Below are positions 53,013 through 64,000 of a stretch of DNA of 64,000 nt, piece by piece; position 1 is the first letter of the stretch, and the number at the start of each line of letters is the position of its first letter. The position numbers and the translations under genes were made by a program. Below the pieces are notes generated by a model. The model made no database searches. It had not been told where the DNA came from and was given only the letters and a program-made list of their open reading frames with translations. Source of the DNA: Octopus vulgaris (lineage: Eukaryota). The stretch is taken from contig OX597822.1 in the NCBI GenBank assembly GCA_951406725.2, positions 18,228,001 through 18,292,000 of the forward strand. Reading direction: 5' to 3'.

Positions 53013-53690
53013 TATTATTAATCTGTGCAAGTGATTGGACAGAAATGTTATTGATATTGAATGAAAAATTTCTGGAAAGCTTATAAAATCATAAATAAAT
53101 ATTGTCATGAGATCGTGAGATTGGAGAAAATGTTGAAGGTTACGGAACCAAATGGGTGGATTACAGGTAGAAATTGCATTTTGACTTTTCTAAAGTTTAA
53201 AATGAAAACAACAAAAAATAAATAAAAACAATTTTTTTTTCTTCAAACATAATATAAATTTTTGCTCCTAAAGCAAATTCAATTTTCCTCTTATTTTCTG
53301 CTGAATAAAAGTTGGAATTTAACATGATAATTTTATAGAATTGATAACTGTCGACCTTCCTTTGTTTATGTAAATAGTTTAAAGGTTAGATTTAATTCAG
53401 ATTTAAAGATCTTGCTGTAACTTGTACTACATGGAATTATAGTGTTGTTGGTGTTGTTGTTGTTGGCTTTTGTTTGGTATTGAGAGATATGGCAAACAAT
53501 GTGTGCATTTAAGAAAGGAAGGAAGAAAAAAGAAAGGAGGGAAGAAAGAAAGAAAGAAGGGGGAAGGAAGGAAGGAAATATATAAATAAGGCATTTAATG
53601 AATTAAGGCCATGTTCTGTTCATTATAACATGAAAGTTTATTTTTATTGAGAGAATTCTTTGTGTATTTGTGTGTGTGTGTACATGTGTT

Positions 53691-53725
<35 letters not shown>

Positions 53726-54290
53726 GTACACACACACATTTGTGCATATAAATACATATCCAGATATATAAGCTATTTTTAAAAAGCCAAGTATTTTGCC
53801 ATCCAGTTAGGAAATTGTACTTGTAAGCTGCTTAACATTCCAACTGTAAACTAACAGACGTGTATTTATATGAAGTTTCTGGGTTTTGTGTTGCATGTCT
53901 GTCCTCAACCCACCTTCATCAATTCAGCCGATGGCCTCTGACAAACTTCTTTGCTTCTTTGTGGAAAAAAGGACTTATTGTTTGTTTCTGCTTTTTGTTG
54001 TATCAGCTTTTCTTGTTTCTCTCTCTCTTCTTTGCTCCTACCTACCTAAGTGGGGATAGGTAGGAGCATGCACTTGCCAGCAGTTTCTCCTCCCTCTCAC
54101 ACCCTGCTTTCCCTCTATTTTAGTTCAGTGAATCTATGTCTGTCTGCTGCCTTCCTTTAGTCACCATTATGTTGATTTCTATTGCAGAGAGATCCAAAGA
54201 GGCCACTGGATCTAAATAAGCGGACATGTGTTACCTTTTATCTTTTACTTGTTTCACTCATTGAACTGCAGACCATGCTGGAGCAATGCC

Positions 54291-54928
54291 TTAACCGTTT
54301 AGCATTTAAACCAGCTATATCTGGCCCAATTAATTCTTCCTTATGTTCAAACTGGTCATATCAGGCCTCTCACACCTACCCTACAATGACATTCTAAAAC
54401 TAAAAAGTCACTTCACTGAAATCTGAAAGCTACAAGGTAATGCATGACTGATTCAAAATAATGTGAATAAATAAGCTTTACATCATCATCATCATCATCG
54501 TTTAACGTCCGCTTTCCATGCTAGCATGGGTTGAACGATTTTGACTAAGGACTGGCAAACAAGATGGCTGCACCAGGCTTCAATCTTGATCTGACAGAGT
54601 TTCTACAGATGGATGCCCTTCCTAACGCCAACCACTCCGAGAGTGTAGTGGGTGCTTTTTACGTACCACCAGCACGGGGGCCAGTCAAGCGGTACTGGCA
54701 ACGACCTCGCTCGAATGTTTTTACACTGCCAAGTGCCAGTAAAGTGACACTGGTAACGATCACGCTTGAATGGTATCTTTTGCGTGCCACCGGCACAGAG
54801 GCCAGTTAGCCGCTCTGGCAACGATCATGCTCAGATGGTGCCTTTTAAGTGCCACTGGCATGGAAGCCTGTTAGCCACTCTGTCAGTGATCACACATGTG
54901 ACTGAATAATCTGAATGTGAAAGGGTCG
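54291..54928. mobile_element. piggyBac-like MITE interrupted by an RTE tail and nested in a SINE
   Basis: Left end TTAACCGTTTAGCATT; decayed right end GAATGTGAAAGGGT; SINE tail sequence on both flanks. Confidence 0.5.
54481..54894 (-). mobile_element. RTE 3'UTR fragment with four tandem units
   Basis: (CAT)n GTTTAACGTCCGCTTTCCATGCTAGC.. and repeat cores at ~54651, 54715, 54771 and 54837. Confidence 0.85.
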
Positions 54929-55974
54929 AAGGTTTGGCTGAGCAAATTGAAGTCAGTTGTCTGTTTTAAAGTCTGCTACTTATTGTATCATTTCTTTTGC
55001 TGAACTGCTAAGTTAAAGTGCCAGCTAATGCCTGGTGAATGAATTTGGTGGGTGGAAACTGTGTTGATACCCTTCATCTGTGTGTGTGTGTGTGTGTGTG
55101 TATGCACACCTGTGTTTGTGTCCTCCCACCACCTTGACAATCAGTGTTGGTTTGTTTGCATTCCTGTAACTTTGCGATTCAGCAAAAAGGACCAATAGAA
55201 TCAGTACCAGACTGAGGTAAATTATTTTCAAGTAAAAGCTGTAAAGCAAATGCTCTAGCATGGCCACAGTCCAATGAGTGGAACAAATGAAAGATAAATG
55301 AGAACTATGTTGAAAACCCCTGTTTCCCAATCTGATGACAACGAATGCTCTGAGCTGTGAGTGAGGGTTATGTAACTTGTATTCTCTCAGTTCGCCTGAA
55401 TGAATAAATAGATTCTGTGCCTTGCTCGGGGTTAAATGATTATTAACATAGATTCCTGGTTGTAGAGACAATTGCTCTAACAAGAACCATCCCATAAATA
55501 TTAACAAGTACGTTAAATAATAATTAATATAAAAGTTGGGAGGCAGCAAGTGAAGAAGGCTCGTTAACTCTTTACACGGGCTCGTTTGAGTTGTTTCTCA
55601 GTCATTAGATTTGTCTGCTCTAATAAAACAGAATTATCCTCAAGGAGAATATGTTTATCATCAACTTAACATTGTTGTTCCTGTTATTGTTACCAGCAGC
55701 AGCAGCAGAACGAGGACAATACCATTTCTAAACCATACAAAACTCTCATTAACATTTGTATCACAACTACTATCTCCAGTAAGATTAATCCCATAAACCA
55801 ATGAAGGAGTCATTCAAGTTGCTAGACAGAGCAGTCAAATCGTCCTTAAATTATATTCTTGAATAAAATGAGATGAATGCCTTAGATAATATAGTCCTAG
55901 ATACCCTTAAAAAAAGGGAATCTAGCTGGAGAGAAGCAGAAAATGGCAACCAAATGTCTCTCTCTCCAAGTGAA

Positions 55975-56588
55975 GGGAAGATTGTATGCTGCATGTGTAT
56001 GAACTGCAATGCTGCATGGTAGTGAGACATGGGCCCTGAATGTGGGGGAAGATGTGAAGGCTGGAAAGGACCAAAGCTGGTATGATCCACTGGAGGTGCA
56101 ATATCAGTGTGCAGGTGTATTGAAGGAAAAGCTGGGCATAAGAGAAATCAGACGCAGTGTGCAAGAGAGGAGACAGTGCTGGTTTGGTCATGTGATGTGG
56201 ATGGATGAGGACAGCTCCATAAAGAAGTGCCAATCACTTAAAGTGGAGGAAGGTTGCGGAAGAGGAAGATCCAAGAAGATATGGGATGAAGTTTTAAAGG
56301 CTGATCTTAAAACACTGAGCCTTACAAAGGAGATGACAGGGAACTGAGATATGTGGTGCATTACTGCACTCGAGAAGACCTGCCCACCACAATAGAATTG
56401 AGATCCTAAAACTAAGGTGCCACTTAAAAAGCTCCTGTGATGGTGCCACGTAAAAAGCACCCTGTACACTCTGTGTAGTGGTTGGCATTAGGAAGGGCAC
56501 CCGACTGTAGAAACCCACCCAAAACAGGCCATCCAAGCCATGCTGGCATGGAAAACAGACATTAAATGATGACGATGATGATGATGAT
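55975..56588 (+). mobile_element. RTE ORF C-terminus plus 3' tail
   Basis: ORF 56009-56347 MLHGSETWAL..RRQCWFGHVMWMDE..GRGRSKKIWDEVLKADL; (GAT)n tail. Confidence 0.88.
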
Positions 56589-56589
56589 G

Positions 56590-56812
56590 TACCCAGTGCT
56601 AGCTATGGATACGTATGAGGTGCAATGGAATAACAGGAAGATTAGCAGAGAGTAGTCTTGGTATGTGACAGATGTGCCTATACAATAAATACTAAGACTG
56701 TACAGGAATAATTGCTTATCATACATATATGTGTATGTATATATATATATATATATATATACATACACATATATGTATGATAAGCATGTATGTATATATA
56801 TGTTTATATATG

Positions 56813-56885
<73 letters not shown>

Positions 56886-56997
56886 GTATGTATGATAAGC
56901 AATTATTCCTGTACAGTCTTAGTGTTTATTGTATAGGCACATCTGTCACATACCAAGACTACTCTCTGCTAATCTTCCTGTTATTCCATTGCACCTC

Positions 56998-57000
<3 letters not shown>
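56590..57000. repeat. Inverted repeat with 114-bp arms (56614-56727 vs 56887-57000) around a microsatellite
   Basis: One mismatch seen; a third 15-nt partial copy at 56772. Confidence 0.9.
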
Positions 57001-57049
<49 letters not shown>

Positions 57050-59975
57050 TTAGTTAGATAGAGTGATAGATAGATAGATAGATAATCAACTACGTATGTA
57101 CTGAGTCACACATGCAAGGTTATATGAAGAATATATGATCAATGATAAGATAAAGTAGACATTTTTCTAAGACTGTGTGAATGTACTGAATGGCTTCTGC
57201 AAAAAATTCTTAATGAATTGAAATTTTCCCTCAGCTGAAGAAAGAAAAAATATCCTGGCAGGATTCGTTAACTACACACACAGAAATTTATGAATAACTT
57301 AATACATTAGCTGAGTAAAAAACATCATCCACATCGTCTTTACTAAATTGATATAAGTTGGTCAAGAAGTTTGTTTTGAAACTACATGCTTCCAGACATG
57401 AACTTTGAGAGAACTTTTGCAAGGTAGAATAGGGTAAGGTTGTTGGGGCCCCTGTTTGGGGAGTGGAGCCTCCAAAGCCCCCCCTCCCTTTGAAGACCTC
57501 CAGGTTCTTCTTTAGATCCCCAAACTAAAGTACTGACTGAAACTGTCATCACTCTTTCATAGGCCTTGATTCCATGGTTTGGTCCAGTTGCATGGGACTT
57601 TTGCAAGTGCTTTCTACTCTTGCCTTCAGGTTGACTAATACTTTACAAGTAATGTTGCCTCAAAGTTTTTCCTATGGAATGGACACAAATATTTGCTCAT
57701 ATGAACATTTTGTTTTTGTTTCTCAACCATGTGCACATCCGTACGAGTAATTATCTTCGATTAAAAAAATTCAGTTTCATCATCAAAACCGTGAAGGCTC
57801 ACATTTTGCTTTCGTTATTCAAGTTACAAAATTGTGTGTTCAGACAAGCACACTGCTTAGAGAAGTCATTGCTTGTGAATGGAATTTCATAGATGGAAAT
57901 TATGCAGAAGTCTGTCGTGTGTGTGCACACATACATGTGTGTGTTTGTGTGTGTGTATATGTATGTATATATGTGTGTATGAGTGTGTGTTTCTATATGT
58001 GTGTGTGTGTGTCCCCATGTCCTTGTCTGTTTTTAAGTGTGTTGTTAAAATGTGTGCCTGAGTGATTCAATAAATACAGATCAATAAAATAATTGAGTGG
58101 AATTAATACCGGGGATAGATGTGATCACCATGGCAAGAGTCCAAAACTGAAACTAGTAAAAGAGTAAAAATAACAAAACAAAACAAATAACAAGATAATC
58201 TCATATAAAGAGTAAAGGATTTTTCTGTTTCCCACCATTTAAAAAAGTTTTTTATTCTTTAATTTTTTACTTTTTGAGAATTTCTTCTCAAATACACCCC
58301 TTTATAAAGTCTGAACCATTTTCTTTTCCACATATTCTTCACTAAAATATACTTGCAGCTAGATGACAAGCGGCCGAGTTGTTAGCAATGCCGGACAAAA
58401 TACTTAGTGGCATTTTGTCCATCCCAACATTCCAAATTTAAATTCCACCATAGTCACCTTAGGCTTTCATCTTTACCGAAATAGGTACCAGTTGCACAAT
58501 TGGGTCTATGTAATTGACTAGGCTCACCACCAAAAAGGCAGGCCTTGTGCCTGGTAGTACAAATAATTGTCTTGCATCATTTGTTCAAGTTCCATATTTT
58601 CTGAATTCATTGTTTCAGGGCTTTTCACTGTCTCAGGGCTGATAAAATGAAATACCAATCAGATATGAAGGCACATGGCCCAGTGGTCAAGGTGTTACAC
58701 CTACGATCTGGCAATCATGGGTTCAGTTCCTGAACCAGGTGTCATTTTGTGTTCTTGAGCAAAACACTTCACTTCATTTTGCTGAAGTACTGTGTGGTGA
58801 ATAGACCCAACATTTCCTACACATGTCATAAAAGGCAGCAAAAAGACGTCGAGGTAGGATTTTCACTTCAACCTTGTAAAATCCTCTCACCAGCAACAAC
58901 TATCCAAACAGACCCATGGTTTGGAAGGTTGTTGCCTGAGTGGTACAAAGGTGTCATCTGCCAGGGGTCGTAAGGAATCTCTAACAAATGGTGGATGCAG
59001 TGGTGCACTGTTACAGTGCATGCTCCCATGCTGCTGCTGCTACTACCACTACTATTACTAAATACAGGAGTTGATAATATCAATTGACCTTCTTCCTTCA
59101 AAATTGCTGGCATTGTGCCAAATTCAGAAATTATTATTTTCCACCATTCAAACTGAATATATGATTAATTATCCGATAAAATATACATTGATAAAATTAT
59201 ATCTTGCTCTAATAACTTCAATAAATTAAGAATTAATTAAAAAAATAAGATTAATTCTTATTCCTAAGGTGAAATCTAAACATGTCCATTGATAGCAATG
59301 ACCTTGCAAAAAAAGATCAAATTTCCCTTGAAGCGGAGGAATGAAATTATTTTTTTAATTAATTCCCAATTTATTGAGATTTTCACTGCTTTTCTTTGTG
59401 AGTCACAAATGAATGCTGTTGCGTTTTTTTTTTCCTCTCAAACTACGCAGAAGATATCAAGTCATTAAGATTTTTGACTGCGTATGTATATGTGTATATG
59501 TGTGGACTCATGTCTCTGTATGCGTGTGTGTGCACTCATATGTCTGTAATATAAAAGTATATTTTATCTTCTAATTGGTTGGATAGTCATTAAATATGCT
59601 TGAAAATATTACAACTTTGTTTCTAGGGTAAACTATCTTTTTGCATGGAATATGTTCAAAAGAGTATCCAGGAGACCTGGCAAGAGACTTTTAAATGAGG
59701 AAATAACAAAAAACAAAAACAATAATTAGAAGGGACTGGAAAAAAAAATACTTCAATTGTATTATTATATTTGAGCAATTCAAACCCTTTTCCCTTTTTA
59801 CTGGTTTCAGTTATTCAGCTGATGACATGATGGGCTATGCAAAGTTTTTTTTTCTCTGTTTTGGCATGGTTTCTATAGTTGGACGTCGTTTCTATTGCCA
59901 ACCATATTACAGTGTGTACTGGGTGATTTTTTTCAAGGCACCAGCACCTTCAAAGACAGGACAAAGTACCCCCTG

Positions 59976-60021
<46 letters not shown>

Positions 60022-60028
60022 CTTGACA

Positions 60029-60288
60029 TCTCTCTATATATAAAACTGAGAATGTGTGTCTGTCTGTCTGTCTGTCTGTCTGTGTGTTTCCCTAAAACTT
60101 GAGAACTACACAACCAATTTCATTCAAATTTTACACATGCCTTAATTAGGGTCCATGTAGTTTCATGGGCAAAAAAAATGTTCAAATTCTTGCCTAGGGC
60201 GAGCCCACAGCAACATCATATCTTCTCCACTATTTCAGTATTACATGTTAAAAGTGAAACAAAAACATCTCTCTATTGTATGTATATG

Positions 60289-60319
<31 letters not shown>

Positions 60320-61267
60320 TACAAAATATAAAGTTATATCTTGAGATCGTTAGTGACAACAGCGCTCAAAATATATAACAGACTGGAATAGTAGTGCTCA
60401 AATGAGTTGTATATACTTTTTAATCCGAGGGGAGGCAATGCGAGCAGCAACTACAAGGGCACTACAAAATCCACAGAAAGATCAAACACATACATATATT
60501 CATATATTCATTTATATCTACAGAACAGATATAAAGCCCGACGTTTAGAAATATATAGTAATATATAAATATATAAACATCATATAAAAATATATTGTAC
60601 ACGTAAGATCCTCTCGACGTTCCATAAGAAATTTAGAAATAAAAATAGCAATAAAAGTTAGAGGTAATAATAACAATTGAATTAAATATAGTAAATATAG
60701 TAAGTAGTTATTAAAATAAAACTAAAGTATGGTAATTAAATTGTAATATAACAATTAAAAGAAAAAATAGCAATTAGTATAAAATGTATCAAGGACTTGA
60801 ACTCGAATATGTGGCTTTGCATGAATGGGAGAAATTAAAAGATTAAAAATTAAATTAAGTGCAGAAGTGAATTAGTCCAGATGGAGCTGTGTGCATACCA
60901 TTTACTATGGCTGCTAGATTGAATTATATGCTTATAAAGTAGCATTCAGTATCTATGAGAATTTTGGGGAGTACGTAATGTCTGGTCTTTCGCATGTGTT
61001 GTGTGTAAAAAACATCCTGACGAGGGGAGTGTCAATTTTAAATATATGATATGTTTCATATTAATTGGCGCATCTCTGAAACGGCCCGTAGATGAACTTT
61101 TATGTATTTTTGTAAATTTGTATATTTATCTTCTATGTATTTTTCTCTGGAATTTTAATTCGTCTTTTTAATATGTCTTTGTATGTTTTATTACCCCAAA
61201 TGTTTAATTTAACAAATTTATACCAAACTAGCACTATGACCCTGCAACGCCAGGTCATAAATGGTAG
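60029..61267 (+). mobile_element. Non-autonomous Helitron carrying PLE-derived, hammerhead-containing cargo
   Basis: A|TC 5' end; 3' hairpin TATGACCCTG-CAACG-CCAGGTCATA then GTAG|T; 60029-61227 is an inverted copy of 12206-13526; the flanks rejoin as one SINE-like repeat (compare 35961 onward). Confidence 0.8.
61013..61094 (+). ncRNA. Type I hammerhead ribozyme motif
   Basis: CATC-CTGACGA-GGGGAGTGTCAATT...AATTGGCGCATCTCT-GAAAC-GGCCC-GTA-GATG. Confidence 0.8.
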
Positions 61268-63025
61268 TTGTTTGATAATTATAAAACAAGCATCACTGTT
61301 ACTGAAGCAGTATCTTCATTCCCAGTCCCGTGTGAAAACATGTCTGGCAGTGGGGAAGGAACCAGGTGAGGGTTGGTGTTAGGAGGGGCATCTCGCCATA
61401 GAAAATCTACTTGAATGAATTCTGTTTGATCCATTCAGTCATGGAGAAGTGGGCATTAAATTGTTAATGATGATGGTAGCAGCAGTAGCAGCAGAGGTAG
61501 CAGTTGCAACAATGTTGATGCTGGAGAAGGACCAAGTTGACTTTTGTGATATTTGGATTCAGAATGGAAAGAAACTGAAATGTTAGCCTTGACTTCATAA
61601 ATCACACTTATTCTCTTCAATTGTTCTGATAAATGCTTCCAAAAGTATTTTTCTTTAAATCTTCAAATATTGATTGTTTTCATTGGCACAAAAGCCAATT
61701 ACATTGCCCCCCCAGTCTTATAAAATAAAATTTGGAACGATGTTGCAGTAGAGTTTGAACTCATGATGTAAACAACTGAAACAAATCAGTAGTCTAACTG
61801 CTGGACACTCTGAGGTCAATTCCCACCACTTCTCTAACATTCGGTGACAATGATTTCACTCTCATATCTCTTCCATTTAATGCTGTGCTTTTGTACAAAC
61901 ATTATTTTATTCTTTATAAAAAAAAATCTCCCCTCCTTCCCCCATTCCAGGTTATACCCCACCCCCACTGATTCTCTTCTAAAATCATTTCTTGTCACTG
62001 AATTTTTTTTTTTTACCTAATTTTAGAACCCCTATTGTTCTGCCACTCCTTATTCCAAGTTTACACTGTTTCCCCCACCCATCTCCGGCTCTTTCCACAT
62101 CTTTTCACTCTCATCCTTTTACTCTGTTTTTCCTGGGGTGGGGGGAAGGAGGATTTACCATTTATTTTTATCTGGCTTTCATTATATTTCTTTTTTTAAT
62201 TTCTTACATTTTCTATCTTTTCAAACCAGTCTTGTCTTTTAACATCTTTCATTCTTTCTTGTACTTCCTTTCTACAAAGTTATTTATTTCTTTAGATATT
62301 TTTCACTTTTTTTTTGTCTTTTCCCTGACCCCTATTCACCTTTATTTTTCATTCTCCATTTTTTATTTGTGTCTTTAATTATCTGTTAATCTTATTTTGA
62401 AAAAGAAAAACTTTAATAAATAAACAGTTCTTTGCTTTCCAGAGGCCGCCTGTTCCCTTATCTCCACCTATTGTCCACCCAGCTCTCTCACTGCTCTCCT
62501 TCTTATCTCATTATATCAAGACAGATATCACTGGTTGGTTGGGGTTGGGGTGTAATTCTGTATAAACTTTAATGATGTCAGTCCACTACCTTTATCCTTA
62601 CAACTGCACCCATCCCTCCTTTGTTAACAATCTAACCAACAGCCTTGTTGTGGTGAATTTTTTTCTTTTTTCTTCAATGGTTTCTAGTTTTTTTTTTTTC
62701 CCCTTTATTCTTCTGCTTATTCATATTCTATCATCCAGAAAACAATTCTTTCTTTTATCTAACTAAACTAAGAGGCAGGTAGGAGTGGTTTTGCCACCAG
62801 GGTTTTAACCTCTCCTAGATAGTTCTAATTAGCTGACGACTGTTTCTGTCTTTAAGAAAGATCAAAGTTTAACTGAGGAAATATTTCAAAAAAAGATAAT
62901 TATTATTATTTATTGGCCACAAGGACAGAAAAATACATTTAGGACAATGCAAAGAAAAAGGACAGAGAATAACAATTAACAAGGAAATTCCCAGTTGGGT
63001 GGGTGGGGGGATGCCATCCAGGTCA

Positions 63026-63067
<42 letters not shown>

Positions 63068-63374
63068 CTTTTAAATTTTGGCACAAGGCCAGCAATTTCA
63101 GGGGAAAGGGTAAGTCAATTGCATTGACCCCAGTGCTCTACTAGTACTTATTCTATCTCCCACAGAAGGATGAAGACCAAGTGGACCTCAGAAGAAATGT
63201 CAGTAAGCATTGTTTTCCAATGTGTTAATGATTCTGTCTGCCACAGGGGCACTAGAAAAATAGAACATTACAAAGATAGATTACCCATAATCACAAAAGG
63301 TTTATATGAAACAGGCAAGTGAGGTGGAGGGGGATGATGAAGAGCCAAAAAAAAAGGATGATAATGATAATAAC

Positions 63375-63580
63375 AACTCAGAGAGGACAAACAAGGACAG
63401 ACAAACGGATTAAGTCAATTATATCAACCCCAGTGCGTAACTGGTACTTATTTAATCGACCCCGAAAGATGAAAGGCAAAGTCGACCTCGGCGGAATTTG
63501 AACTCAGAACGTAGCAGCAGATGAAATACTGCTAAAGCATTTCACCCAGCATGCTAACATTTCTGCCAGCTTACTGCCTT
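63375..63580 (-). mobile_element. tRNA-derived SINE, second family, beside a long (AAT)n
   Basis: Close match to 29017-29248. Confidence 0.8.
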
Positions 63581-63581
63581 A

Positions 63582-63653
<72 letters not shown>

Positions 63654-64000
63654 CATGATGATTATGATGACAATGATGGTAAATTTTATTTTTTATATGT
63701 TTCTTCTTCAGCCTCCCTTTCTTTTTTCTTTTTCTATTTATTTTCTGTTCTTCCTCAACAAACTAGAAAACTATTGAGATTTTTTTTTCTTTTATTTCTT
63801 GTTTTTATCTTGACTCTTTTCTTGCTTTGTGACTCCATGACAAGTTGATATTTTAATGCTCCAGCATGAATAACAACAGGGCCCCTGATAAACATTGACA
63901 ATGAAAACCTCACCAGTGTTTAAAATTGTGGAAGATTGTCTTCCTCATGCAACGCTTTCCCCCTCCCCCTCTTCTTTTTCTTCCTCCTCCTCCTCCTCAT

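Noticed and set aside
52649-53086. His-rich, poly-Leu 145-aa ORF
   Set aside because: Degenerate (CAT)n and (TTA)n tracts; no domain or splice evidence.

Overview
AT-rich, microsatellite-dense eukaryotic DNA with no host gene exon that I can support; almost all listed ORFs are translations of (TA)n/(CA)n/(TACA)n/(CAT)n tracts. The repeat landscape suggests a coleoid cephalopod such as Octopus (inference). Contents: decayed RTE LINEs with (GAT)n tails and a tandem 3'UTR repeat, three Penelope-like elements (PLEs) with RT/GIY-YIG remnants (one Naiad-like, two Neptune-like), non-autonomous Helitrons, two mariner derivatives, piggyBac-type ends, and tRNA-derived SINEs. The strongest signal is a set of fold-back (inverted-repeat) insertions in (TA)n tracts carrying type I minimal hammerhead ribozyme motifs (CUGANGA / stem II / GAAAC / short palindromic stem III / GUH / stem I), read by eye. 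There are 8 well-formed copies of 4 sequence types plus several decayed or variant ones. One is a perfect 136-bp palindrome of two back-to-back hammerheads (41975-42110), and one hammerhead segment appears to have been mobilised by a Helitron (60029-61267, related locus 11955-13526). All folds, alignments and family assignments were done by eye and need computational or biochemical confirmation.
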